Shown piece by piece: positions 55,531 to 64,000 of a stretch of DNA of 64,000 nt (position 1 is the first letter of the stretch; every line of letters starts with the position of its first letter). A model generated the notes under the pieces. That model saw only the letters and a program-made list of their open reading frames with translations. It made no database searches and was not told the origin of the DNA. Both the position numbers and the translations under genes were made by a program. Location of the stretch: contig JBGTDA010000021.1 of NCBI GenBank assembly GCA_041748555.1, positions 12,497-76,496 on the forward strand. Reading direction: 5' to 3'. The stretch comes from Rhodonellum sp. (GTDB lineage Bacteria > Bacteroidota > Bacteroidia > Cytophagales > Cyclobacteriaceae).

Positions 55531-57713
55531 GACAGATTATACAATCTTTTAAGACAGGACAAACGATTTTGGAAGAACTTCCGGCACCTATGGTGTCACG
55601 GGGATCTTTATTGATCAGAACTTCTCATTCATTGGTTTCCTTGGGTACCGAGAGGATGTTGGTGGAGTTTGGCAAGGCAAACCTGATTCAAAAAGCAAGG
55701 CAACAACCCGATAAGGTCAAAATGGTACTGGACAAAATCCAGGCAGAAGGGCTGATTCCAACCTTGGAGACAGTTTTCAGTAAACTGGAGCAGCCTCTTC
55801 CGCTTGGATATTGCAATGTTGGTACCGTGGTGGCAGTGGGTGAGGGGGTCAGCGGATTCACTGTTGGAGATCGGGTGGCTTCCAATGGACCTCATGCAGA
55901 ATATGTGAATGTACCTCAAAACCTTGTCGCCAAAATTCCTGATAATGTGAGTCAGGAAGAGGCGGTTTTTACCGTAATATCTTCAATAGGTCTCCAAGGA
56001 ATCCGTCTTTGCAACCCGACGTTTGGAGAAACCATCGTGGTCACAGGCTTGGGGTTGATAGGTTTGTTGACTGCCCAAATGCTTGTCGCCAATGGCTGCA
56101 GGGTGATCGGAATAGATATCGATGCCGCCAAATGTGCCCTAGCTTCCTCATGGGGTATTGAAACCATCAATCCTGCAAAGGGAGGAAATCCTGTGCAGGA
56201 TGTGTCGGAAAAAACGGGCGGTATCGGTGCAGACGGGATTATCATCACTGCCTCTGCCAAGACAAACAGTATAATTTCTGATGCTGCCAAGATGAGCAGG
56301 AAGAGAGGACGGATCATATTAGTTGGCGTCATAGGCTTGGACCTTTCAAGAGCGGATTTTTATGAAAAAGAACTTTCATTCCAAGTATCCTGCTCATATG
56401 GTCCGGGAAGATATGATGAAAATTATGAGCAAAAAGGAATCGATTATCCTTTGTCTTTTGTCAGATGGACAGAAAAGAGAAATTTTGAAGCCATTCTCCA
56501 GGCAATCAGTTTGCAAAGACTGAAGGTGAAGGAACTGATCTCGGAAATAATTGAACTGGAGGACTTTCAGAAAGTCTATAGGCAAATAGGAAACAGCAAG
56601 TCTATCGCTTCCATCCTAAAATACCCGGCAGGTGGGGATTTGGATCATGATATGACCCAAAATGCTAAACATACCTTTCTTTTGAAAGATAAAAATTTTA
56701 AAGGTTCAAAAGGAGTTTTGGGTATAATCGGAGCCGGAAATTTTACAAAAATGACGATGCTTCCGGCCTTGAAAGGAGGAAAAGCTCATTTCAAATATAT
56801 TGCTTCTTCAGGAGGATTGACAGGAACACAACTGGCCAGAAAATATGGTTTTTCCCACAGCACCACAGATTATAAGGAAATTCTGCAAGATGGTGATGTA
56901 GATGCTGTTATTATCACTACGCGGCATAATTCGCATTCGAATTTTGTCATGGAAGCACTGGCAGCCCATAAGCATGTTTTCGTGGAGAAACCGCTTGCCA
57001 TCAATTCGGAGCAATTGGAAGCGGTAATCAATGGCTATGAAAGCCAAGCCAGCTCAAACTCAAATAGTACCTCTGTGATGGTTGGGTTTAACAGAAGGTT
57101 TTCGCCACACATCGCTTCAATCAAACATTCCCTTGGCAATGAGCCTGGACCGATGAGCCTGGTTGCTACCATGAATGCCGGGTTTATTCCAGGTAATGTT
57201 TGGGTACATGACATGCAGGTGGGAGGCGGAAGGATTATAGGGGAGGCTTGCCATTACCTGGATCTTTGTGTTTTCTTGACAGGCTCCGAAATCAAATCGG
57301 TTTGTATGAATGCATTGGGTCAGTCTCCATTGGAGAACACCGATAATGCAAGTATTTTGGTGAAATTCCACAATGGAAGCAATGCGGTGATCAACTATTT
57401 TTCCAACGGTTCCAAAGCCTATAGCAAAGAGCGTTTGGAAGTTTACAGCAAAGAAAGAACATGGATAATGGATAATTTCAGGACCACTGAGGCTTTTGGG
57501 GTAAAAGGTTTTAATAACCTAAAGACCAAAATCGACAAAGGGCATAAAAACCAATTTACCCAATATGTTGATTTTCTCCGGAATGGCGGAAAACCATTGA
57601 TCCCCTGGCTTGAATTAGTAAATGTCTCTAAAGCATCTTTAGCAGCCATAGAAAGCCTGAAATCAGGAAATTGGGTAGACATTAATTCCAATCCTAAAGA
57701 TGTATTGAATTGA
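55527..57713 (+). CDS. Bi-domain oxidoreductase: N-terminal MDR/zinc-type alcohol dehydrogenase fused to C-terminal Gfo/Idh/MocA domain
   Basis: 728 aa. The N-terminal half has MDR features (GYCNVGTVVAVGEGVSGFTVGDRVAS; Rossmann VVTGLGLIGLLTAQML). The C-terminal half has Gfo/Idh/MocA features (LGIIGAGNFTKMTMLPAL, VFVEKPLAI, VGFNRRFSP). It overlaps the previous gene by 4 nt. Confidence 0.8.
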   Translation: MRQIIQSFKTGQTILEELPAPMVSRGSLLIRTSHSLVSLGTERMLVEFGKANLIQKARQQPDKVKMVLDKIQAEGLIPTLETVFSKLEQPLPLGYCNVGTVVAVGEGVSGFTVGDRVASNGPHAEYVNVPQNLVAKIPDNVSQEEAVFTVISSIGLQGIRLCNPTFGETIVVTGLGLIGLLTAQMLVANGCRVIGIDIDAAKCALASSWGIETINPAKGGNPVQDVSEKTGGIGADGIIITASAKTNSIISDAAKMSRKRGRIILVGVIGLDLSRADFYEKELSFQVSCSYGPGRYDENYEQKGIDYPLSFVRWTEKRNFEAILQAISLQRLKVKELISEIIELEDFQKVYRQIGNSKSIASILKYPAGGDLDHDMTQNAKHTFLLKDKNFKGSKGVLGIIGAGNFTKMTMLPALKGGKAHFKYIASSGGLTGTQLARKYGFSHSTTDYKEILQDGDVDAVIITTRHNSHSNFVMEALAAHKHVFVEKPLAINSEQLEAVINGYESQASSNSNSTSVMVGFNRRFSPHIASIKHSLGNEPGPMSLVATMNAGFIPGNVWVHDMQVGGGRIIGEACHYLDLCVFLTGSEIKSVCMNALGQSPLENTDNASILVKFHNGSNAVINYFSNGSKAYSKERLEVYSKERTWIMDNFRTTEAFGVKGFNNLKTKIDKGHKNQFTQYVDFLRNGGKPLIPWLELVNVSKASLAAIESLKSGNWVDINSNPKDVLN

Positions 57714-59623
57714 ATCTCATTAAAAAACTGAATCTCGGCCTTCAATTTCTTAAAAACATGGGGCCGAGGTATGTGAGTTACAGGATAAAACATGAGATAG
57801 AAAAGAAAACAGGAAGCCTTAAATCCAAACATCCGGTCCATCCTCCCATTAAATCCCCAATTTCATTGGCTGATTGGAAAGCTGATCCTCCTGCTTTTTT
57901 CTTTTTGAACAGGGAGGAACTCGGACATCAAAAAAAACCGACTGAAAATCTTCAAAAGAGTGCTCAAAATATCCTGTCCGGAAAAATCAGGTTTTTCAGT
58001 GATGATTGGATAGACTTAGGGAGAACTTATGATTGGGTGACTAATCCTTCCACAGGTCACCGGTATGATATCAGTCAGCATTGGTCACAGATTCAGGATT
58101 TTAATGCCGAACAGGGGGATATTAAATATGTGTGGGAAAAATCCCGTTTCAACTTCCTTTTGACTATTCTAAGATATGATTATCATTTTGATCTGGATAA
58201 TTCAAATTTTGTCTTTAGCCAGATAGAGGATTGGATTAACCATAATCCGATCAATCAAGGTCCTAATTGGCGGTGTAGCCAGGAAATTTCGTTGCGGTTG
58301 ATCAATTGGAGCTTCGCCCTTTACTTTTACAAAGATTCTTCTGAACTAACAGAAGAAAGATGGAGGAAAATCCAACACGTCATCTATTGGTCTCTTCACC
58401 ACGTTTATCAGCACATAGATTTTTCCAGAATCGCTGTCAGGAATAACCATGCTATCACAGAAACACTGATGCTGACAGTGTCTGAACTATTATTCCCCTT
58501 TATTCCCGAAACCAAATTATGGTCTCAGAAGGGCAGAGATTGGTTTGAAAAAGAGATACAGTATCAAATTTATGCTGACGGAACATTTTTGCAATTCAGC
58601 ATGAATTATCATAGGGTAGTGGTCCAATTGCTGAGTTTTGGAATCGGCATCACCCAAATCCATCAAAAACCCTTTTCCAAAGAAGTGTATCAAAAAGCCC
58701 ATGCCTCCGTAAATTTTCTTTTTCAATGCCAGAATGAGGAAAATGGTTGGCTACCTAACTATGGTGCCAATGATGGGGCACTTTTTTTCCCGTGGTCGGA
58801 ACAACATTACCGAGATTACAGACCACAATTAAGTTGTCTGCATCAAATCTTAACAAAGGAAAATTTATATCCTGATGGAGAATATGAAGAGGAAAATTGG
58901 ATCAAAACTCCAAACTACTTGGGAATCAGGAAGCCTTTGGCAAAACTGAAAAAAAGGCAAGGCTTGATTTCATTTGATGTAGGGGGATATTATATGATCA
59001 GGGATGGTGACACCCTAACATTTCTTCGGTGCGGCAACCACCTGGATAGGCCACAGCAAGCCGATAATCATCATTTAGATATTTGGAATAAAACCGAAAA
59101 TGTTATAAAAGATGCAGGTTCATATAAATATAATGCAAATCCGGATTTCATTCGTTACTTTGCGGGAACCTTGGGACATAATACAGTAACTTTGGATCTG
59201 AAAGACCAAATGCTGAAAGGATCCAGATTTATCTGGTTTTATTGGACCCAAAGAAACAAAGTGAAATTTCTTGAAACAGAAACCCAATACGTTTTTGAAG
59301 GAGAAATTTCTGCTTATACCTATATTAATAAAGGAATTACACACAGAAGAAAGGTTATCAAGGAAAAAGGTCGACCCGACTGGAGTATTGAAGATGAAAT
59401 AAAATCCGCACCATCCAAATCCCTTATGCATCAACACTGGCATGGATTGGATACCGAAAAATATGATGTTTCTGCTGAAGACATAACAGGGCGGATTGTT
59501 CCTTATTCAGAAGATGAATCTTATTACAGTTGTTATTACGGCAAATACGAAAAGCAAAAAATGCTAAAATTTTCCGGCAACACTCATTATCTTAAAACAA
59601 GAATACATTTAAGGCAGCAATGA
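57710..59623 (+). CDS. Heparinase II/III-like (polysaccharide lyase-fold) protein, apparently cytoplasmic
   Basis: 637 aa. The helical N-terminal two-thirds has a NNHAITE motif, and the beta-rich C-terminus has QADNHHLDIW, as in Hepar_II_III-family proteins. There is no signal peptide or TM segment (N-terminus MNLIKKLNLGLQFLKNMGPRYVSYRIKHEIEKK). The family call is from memory of these motifs only. Confidence 0.6.
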   Translation: MNLIKKLNLGLQFLKNMGPRYVSYRIKHEIEKKTGSLKSKHPVHPPIKSPISLADWKADPPAFFFLNREELGHQKKPTENLQKSAQNILSGKIRFFSDDWIDLGRTYDWVTNPSTGHRYDISQHWSQIQDFNAEQGDIKYVWEKSRFNFLLTILRYDYHFDLDNSNFVFSQIEDWINHNPINQGPNWRCSQEISLRLINWSFALYFYKDSSELTEERWRKIQHVIYWSLHHVYQHIDFSRIAVRNNHAITETLMLTVSELLFPFIPETKLWSQKGRDWFEKEIQYQIYADGTFLQFSMNYHRVVVQLLSFGIGITQIHQKPFSKEVYQKAHASVNFLFQCQNEENGWLPNYGANDGALFFPWSEQHYRDYRPQLSCLHQILTKENLYPDGEYEEENWIKTPNYLGIRKPLAKLKKRQGLISFDVGGYYMIRDGDTLTFLRCGNHLDRPQQADNHHLDIWNKTENVIKDAGSYKYNANPDFIRYFAGTLGHNTVTLDLKDQMLKGSRFIWFYWTQRNKVKFLETETQYVFEGEISAYTYINKGITHRRKVIKEKGRPDWSIEDEIKSAPSKSLMHQHWHGLDTEKYDVSAEDITGRIVPYSEDESYYSCYYGKYEKQKMLKFSGNTHYLKTRIHLRQQ

Positions 59624-60888
59624 ATATCATTTTAATACATCAATATTTTCTGGAAGAAAACGACCCAGGTGGTTCCCGTTTCAATGAAATGGCGCAATCC
59701 TGGGTGGAAAGAGGCCATAAAGTGACAGTGATTGCGGGGATGGTCCATTATAATGCATCTGACAAGAATAAGGAATATAAAGGAAAATGGATTATTAAAA
59801 AGAAGCAGGGTAATGTGGATGTAATCCGTACACATGTTTCCGAATCCTACAATTCTCATTTTGTTGGAAGATTGTGGGGGTACTTTTCTTTCATGTTTTC
59901 TTCCCTTTACGCCGGTTTGTTCCATTCAAAAGATAAATACGATGTTGTTCTTGTCACATCACCACCTTTGTTTGTAGGCTTTTCAGGATATCTGATCAGC
60001 AGATTCAAAAAAATACCCCTTATTTTTGAAGTGAGGGATCTTTGGCCTGAGTCAGCAATCGATACAGGAGTTTTAAAAAACAAAATGCTTATTAAATTGG
60101 CTTTTTTGTTTGAAGGATTTATATATCGGAAAGCTGCTCTCATCAACGTCTTGACTCCGGCATTTAGGGATAAATTGGTAAAGGAAAAGAATGTTCCTTC
60201 CGAAAAAGTAATTATGATTCCCAATGGCGCTGATTTCAGGATGTCGGATGAACTTTTGAACACATTTGATTCCGATGAACTCAGAAGAGAGCTACAATGG
60301 GAGAATAAATTCGTAATAACCTATGTAGGTGCTCACGGAGTTGCGAATCACCTTGAACAGCTTTTTGATGCAGCTGAATTGTTGAAAGATACCAATGTAC
60401 TTTTTGTAATGATTGGCATGGGGATGAGAAAATCTTTTCTGATAGAAGAAAAAGAAAGAAGACAGCTTGATAATGTGATCTTTTTTGATCCCGTTCCAAA
60501 AGTGGAAATTTTCAAATACATCCTTGCCTCTGATATGGGCGCAAGTGTCCTGAAGAATGTCGAAACATTCAAAACAATCTACTCCAATAAGACCTTTGAC
60601 TATATGTCCTGTAAAAAGCCTGTTTTGATGGCGATAGATGGGGTTTCCAGGGATTTGATCGAGGAGTCGAAGGCCGGTTCCTATGTGATACCCGAAAATG
60701 CTGAATCTTTTAAAGAGGTTATTCATCTCTATTTAGAGAATCAAAATAGAATAGAGGAGGAAGGAGAGAATGGGTTGAAATTTGTGAAAGAGAATTTTGA
60801 TAGGGAAAAACTTTCCAAAAAATACCTGCAATTGATTGAAGAAAAGGTTTTTGAATTGAAAGCGGATGTTTTACAATCGATACATTAA
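59620..60888 (+). CDS. Glycosyltransferase family 4, WbuB-like
   Basis: 422 aa. The N-terminus MNIILIHQYFLEENDPGGSRFNEMAQSWVERGHKVTVI is characteristic of WbuB-type GT4 enzymes. The C-terminal NKTFDYMSCKKPVL region matches too. Confidence 0.8.
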   Translation: MNIILIHQYFLEENDPGGSRFNEMAQSWVERGHKVTVIAGMVHYNASDKNKEYKGKWIIKKKQGNVDVIRTHVSESYNSHFVGRLWGYFSFMFSSLYAGLFHSKDKYDVVLVTSPPLFVGFSGYLISRFKKIPLIFEVRDLWPESAIDTGVLKNKMLIKLAFLFEGFIYRKAALINVLTPAFRDKLVKEKNVPSEKVIMIPNGADFRMSDELLNTFDSDELRRELQWENKFVITYVGAHGVANHLEQLFDAAELLKDTNVLFVMIGMGMRKSFLIEEKERRQLDNVIFFDPVPKVEIFKYILASDMGASVLKNVETFKTIYSNKTFDYMSCKKPVLMAIDGVSRDLIEESKAGSYVIPENAESFKEVIHLYLENQNRIEEEGENGLKFVKENFDREKLSKKYLQLIEEKVFELKADVLQSIH

Positions 60889-61474
60889 AACGATTTTTGA
60901 TATTATTGTGGCCATAACTATGTTTCTGGTTCTTTCTCCTGTATTTCTAACGGTACTTTTGATTCTGACCCACAATAATTCAGGATCCCCTTTCTTTTTT
61001 CAGAAGAGACCCGGTCGTCATGGTAAAATTTTTTATGTGATAAAGTTTAAAACCATGAATGATGCCCGGGACCAAAACGGTAACCTTCTTCCGGACGGTG
61101 AAAGATTGACACGTGTTGGCAAATTCATCCGGAAAACCTCCATAGACGAGATCCCGCAATTAATCAACGTGATCAAGTGTGACATGAGTCTGATAGGTCC
61201 AAGACCTTTGTTGGTTGAATATTTGGATCTTTATTCAAAGGATCAGGCAAGACGCCATGAAGTAATGCCTGGAATTACCGGATGGGCACAGGTAAATGGC
61301 CGGAATCTTGTCAATTGGAAAGAGAGGTTTAAAATGGATGTTTGGTATGTGGAAAATATGAGTTTTGCATTGGATATGAAAATTTTATTTCTCACGGTGT
61401 TCAAGGTTTTTAAAAGCGAAGGGATTTCTGCCGGATCTCATGCAACAATGGAGAAATTCAAAGGCAACTACTAA
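60866..61474 (+). CDS. Initiating phosphoglycosyl transferase, small monotopic type (EpsL/PglC/WbaP-C-terminal family)
   Basis: 202 aa. One N-terminal re-entrant hydrophobic helix is followed by SPFFFQKRPGRHGKIF..KFKTM, DEIPQLINVIKCDMSLIGPRP, and PGITGWAQVNGRN. It is alignable by eye along its length with B. subtilis EpsL. It overlaps the previous gene by 23 nt. Confidence 0.9.
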   Translation: MFYNRYIKTIFDIIVAITMFLVLSPVFLTVLLILTHNNSGSPFFFQKRPGRHGKIFYVIKFKTMNDARDQNGNLLPDGERLTRVGKFIRKTSIDEIPQLINVIKCDMSLIGPRPLLVEYLDLYSKDQARRHEVMPGITGWAQVNGRNLVNWKERFKMDVWYVENMSFALDMKILFLTVFKVFKSEGISAGSHATMEKFKGNY

Positions 61475-61664
61475 TTTCATTAAAAATCGACCCAAATGAA
61501 GTGGATTTTAAAGATCAAGCGTGTTCAATATATTACAAATGTAGTTTTAAGACTAAATGTTCCATTAATTGTATTTTTGGCCTCTCTGGCTAGGAAATAA
61601 AAAAATATTTGATAATTGAATATCAGATACTCAGGATTCACCCACCTTCATCAAAACATTTGAT

Positions 61665-62861
61665 TTGGAAAAAATAAATAAGTCCCCAAAAATTTGGCTT
61701 TCTTCCCCTCATATGGGCGGCAAGGAGTCTGTATATGTTCAAGAGGCTTTTGATGCAAATTGGATAGCACCGATTGGTCCCCATTTGACAAAATTTGAAA
61801 ACAGCCTTAGTGAAATCTCCAATGGGTTTTCGGTTGCGGCTCTCTCTTCCGGTACTGCAGCTTTGCACCTTGCGCTTGTGATGTTGGATTTACAGCCGGG
61901 GGATTATGTGATTTGTCAATCATTGACTTTTGCAGCATCCGCAAATCCTATCCGATATCAGGGAGCAATTCCGGTTTTTGTAGATAGTGAAGCCGATACT
62001 TGGAACATGTGCCCGGATGCTTTGGAAGAAGCAATAAAAGCCTGTTTAGATGGATCAATTGTGGAAAGTTTTTCCTCAAAAGTCAAATCAGATGCCAAAA
62101 GAGGCATGAAGCCTAAGGCTATTATCCCTGTTCACCTTTACGGAATGCCTGCCCAAATGGACCGCATTATGGAGATCGCCGATAGATTTGATATTCCGGT
62201 AGTGGAGGACGCCGCAGAAGCTTTGGGATCCAATCTGGATGGACAGCCCTGTGGAACATTCGGTAAACTCGGTGTTTATTCATTTAACGGCAATAAAATC
62301 ATTACCACAAGTGGTGGTGGAGCTTTGGTTGCATCTGATAACGAATGGGTGGAAAAGGCCAGGTATCTTGCCACTCAGGCCAGGACTCCGGCCGCCCATT
62401 ACCAACATGTGGATATCGGTTACAATTATCGATTGAGCAATGTTTCTGCAGCCATAGGGATGGGACAATTAGAGGTTCTTAGGGAAAGAGTTTCTCAAAG
62501 GAGAGCAAATTATAGTTTTTACTTTAAAGCGCTCGGTGAAATTTCGGGTATCAGTATGCTTCATGAACCAAAAGGGTATTATGCCAACAGATGGCTTTCC
62601 ACCATTAGCGTGGATCCGTCTCGAACAAACGGAATAACAAGGGAGATTATTCGGCTTGCACTTGAGGAGGAGAATATTGAAAGCAGGCCGATCTGGAAAC
62701 CGATGCACCTGCAGCCGGTATTTGAAGGATATCCTTATTTTGGAAGCTCAAGGATTTCCGAAAAAATATTCGACAATGGTCTATGCCTTCCCAGTGGATC
62801 CAATCTTCCGGAATCCGACTTGGTCAGGACGGTAGAGATCATCAAACATTTATTGGATTAA
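61665..62861 (+). CDS. PLP-dependent sugar 4-aminotransferase, EpsN/PglE-like
   Basis: 398 aa, alignable by eye with B. subtilis EpsN. Shared blocks: IWLSSPHMGG.E..YV.EAF..NWIAP.GP, SSGTAALHLAL, VEDAAEALGS, YSFNGNKIITTSGGG (PLP Lys), HYQH..IGYNYRLSN, and CLPSGSN. The conserved N-terminal motif lies upstream of the first ATG (61713), so the TTG start at 61665 is needed. Confidence 0.85.
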   Translation: MEKINKSPKIWLSSPHMGGKESVYVQEAFDANWIAPIGPHLTKFENSLSEISNGFSVAALSSGTAALHLALVMLDLQPGDYVICQSLTFAASANPIRYQGAIPVFVDSEADTWNMCPDALEEAIKACLDGSIVESFSSKVKSDAKRGMKPKAIIPVHLYGMPAQMDRIMEIADRFDIPVVEDAAEALGSNLDGQPCGTFGKLGVYSFNGNKIITTSGGGALVASDNEWVEKARYLATQARTPAAHYQHVDIGYNYRLSNVSAAIGMGQLEVLRERVSQRRANYSFYFKALGEISGISMLHEPKGYYANRWLSTISVDPSRTNGITREIIRLALEEENIESRPIWKPMHLQPVFEGYPYFGSSRISEKIFDNGLCLPSGSNLPESDLVRTVEIIKHLLD

Positions 62862-63008
62862 TTAACATCCGCCAATATACAAGAATCAAAGGGATTGGAT
62901 CAAAAGCAGGATACAATTCTTCTAATCAGACTTTTTTTGCTTTGGTCTTCTAGCCGTTTCTCTTTGAAACACGAAAAATACTTACACAAAAGCAGATATC
63001 CATTTTGA

Positions 63009-64000
63009 TTAACCGGCAAACAGGTTGATTGTTTCCACTACTTTTTGAACTTCCTTTTTTGTTAGTACAGGACTGATCGGCAAACTGAGCACTTCATCAT
63101 GGATTTTTTCTGTAATGGGGAGACTCAGGAAATTCAGCTCTTGGTAGGCTTGCTGCTTGTGGGGAGGAATGGGATAGTGAATGAGTGTCTGTATTCCATT
63201 GTCAGTGAGGTACTGTTGCAGGGCTGCTCTTTTGGCAGTTCTGATGACAAACAGATGCCAGACATGTGATTCAGTCGTGGCAGCTGATCCTTCGATAAAA
63301 GGTAGAATGATGTCAGGATGCTTGATCTTTTCCAAATAATAGGCAGCAACTTCCCTTCTTTTGTGATTTTCCTCATCCATTCGGACAAGCTTCGTTCTCA
63401 AAACCGCGGCCTGTATTTCATCCAGTCTGGAATTCAGCCCTTTATAGGTATTGATATATTTTTTGTTGGAGCCATAGTTGGACAGGGCTCTAACTACTTT
63501 TGCAAGGTCATCATCATTTGTTGTCACCGCTCCTCCATCACCCAATGCTCCGAGATTTTTTCCGGGGTAAAAGCTATGTCCTGCACCATCTCCCAGGTTT
63601 CCGGTCTTTTTAGATTCAGAATAAGCTCCGATGGCCTGTGCATTATCCTCAATCAACTTTAATCTGTATTTGTCAGCCAAATCCTGAATAGCGGAACTCA
63701 TGGCATTTTGTCCATAAAGATGCACTATCATAATGGCCTTGGTACGATTGGTTATCTTTTCCTCGATGAGGTTTGGATCAATATTGTAAGAAAAAATATT
63801 AGGTTCCACCAATACTGCTTTCAACTTGTTATCCGTGATTGCCAGCAGGGAAGCGATATAGGTATTGGCCGGAACGATGATTTCATCTCCTTCCACCATA
63901 ATTCCCATTTCCAGATAAGCTTTGAGTATCAACCTTAAAGCATCAAGGCCATTTGCTACTCCGATACAATGCTTTGCACCTGTATAAGCTGCATATTCCG
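63009..64000 (-). CDS. DegT-family sugar aminotransferase (3-aminotransferase-like), N-terminus beyond the window end
   Basis: The minus-strand frame stays open to nt 64000. Upstream of the listed TTG it reads ...[32 protein letters not shown]. Motifs: [29 protein letters not shown], the PLP-Lys region [17 protein letters not shown], and [14 protein letters not shown]. It is convergent with the EpsN-like gene. Confidence 0.85.
   Translation of the reverse strand, partial: EYAAYTGAKHCIGVANGLDALRLILKAYLEMGIMVEGDEIIVPANTYIASLLAITDNKLKAVLVEPNIFSYNIDPNLIEEKITNRTKAIMIVHLYGQNAMSSAIQDLADKYRLKLIEDNAQAIGAYSESKKTGNLGDGAGHSFYPGKNLGALGDGGAVTTNDDDLAKVVRALSNYGSNKKYINTYKGLNSRLDEIQAAVLRTKLVRMDEENHKRREVAAYYLEKIKHPDIILPFIEGSAATTESHVWHLFVIRTAKRAALQQYLTDNGIQTLIHYPIPPHKQQAYQELNFLSLPITEKIHDEVLSLPISPVLTKKEVQKVVETINLFAG

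Noticed and set aside
55952-56332. A 126-aa minus-strand ORF, with neighbouring 96- and 65-aa ones, antisense to the bi-domain oxidoreductase.
   Set aside because: These are shadow ORFs within a well-supported Rossmann-domain CDS. Their Ala/Pro/Ser-rich translations are typical of the antisense strand of a relatively GC-richer gene.
57443-57841. A 132-aa minus-strand ORF spanning the oxidoreductase/heparinase-like gene junction, considered as a small antisense gene.
   Set aside because: It overlaps two coupled + strand genes that share a 4-nt overlap, and it has no recognisable domain. It is most likely spurious.
57710-59623. The heparinase II/III-like gene, considered as part of a polysaccharide utilisation locus (degradative, secreted).
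   Set aside because: It has no signal peptide or lipobox. There are no SusC/SusD, sulfatase or sugar-catabolism genes nearby. It is coupled to biosynthetic genes on both sides.
60292-60726. A 144-aa minus-strand ORF (plus 72- and 74-aa ones) inside the WbuB-like GT gene.
   Set aside because: It is antisense to a strongly supported GT4 CDS and has no motifs. It is a shadow ORF.
61475-61664. The 190-bp gap between the PGT and the EpsN-like gene, considered as a decayed acetyltransferase pseudogene.
   Set aside because: It is too short for more than a fragment. I could not read a hexapeptide-repeat-like translation in any frame. It is kept only as a question within the related finding.
1-64000. 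A window-wide look for tRNA/rRNA genes, CRISPR arrays, transposases, integrases, phage genes, restriction-modification, toxin-antitoxin or other defence systems.
   Set aside because: None found. All long ORFs are accounted for by glycan-biosynthesis families. The intergenic regions are short and AT-rich, with no direct-repeat arrays or tRNA-like GC-rich stems visible by eye. Small RNAs cannot be excluded without a covariance-model scan.

Overview
The window is almost entirely surface-polysaccharide biosynthesis. I count 51 protein-coding genes, two of them cut by the window edges. All are on the + strand except a two-gene O-acylation cassette (45675-48130) and the truncated last gene. The host looks like a low-GC Bacteroidota-type genome; that is my impression from the protein families, not something I could prove. 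Many genes are translationally coupled, with 1-4 nt gaps or 4-41 nt overlaps.

Four blocks are visible:
- A (1-22685): ugd, wzz, a WbpE/WbpD/WbpB diacetamido-uronic-acid module, a second aminotransferase/SDR/acetyltransferase trio, Wzx, Wzy, six glycosyltransferase (GT)-like genes, a secreted hydrolase-like protein, Wzi, and rfbA/rfbD.
- B (23113-45427): a TviB/WbpO-type dehydrogenase, Wza, the Wzc tyrosine kinase, a formyltransferase-ankyrin fusion, the Wzm/Wzt ABC exporter, seven GT-like genes interleaved with three AsnB-type amidotransferases, and a SAM methyltransferase.
- C (45675-48130, minus strand): an MBOAT plus a DltD-like partner.
- D (48659-62861): a second Wzy/WaaL-like membrane protein, GTs, an FkbM methyltransferase, two oxidoreductase genes carrying three oxidoreductase domains, a cytoplasmic heparinase II/III-like protein, a WbuB-like GT, the only initiating phosphoglycosyl transferase in the window, and an EpsN-like aminotransferase.

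I found no rRNA, tRNA, CRISPR array, transposase, integrase, or recognisable defence or toxin system.

The best candidates for new biology are enzyme modules inside the glycan locus:
- the three interleaved AsnB paralogs;
- the formyltransferase-ankyrin fusion;
- the oxidoreductase/heparinase-like module;
- the Wza/Wzc plus Wzm/Wzt juxtaposition.

All family assignments come from motif recognition by eye. No database search was run.
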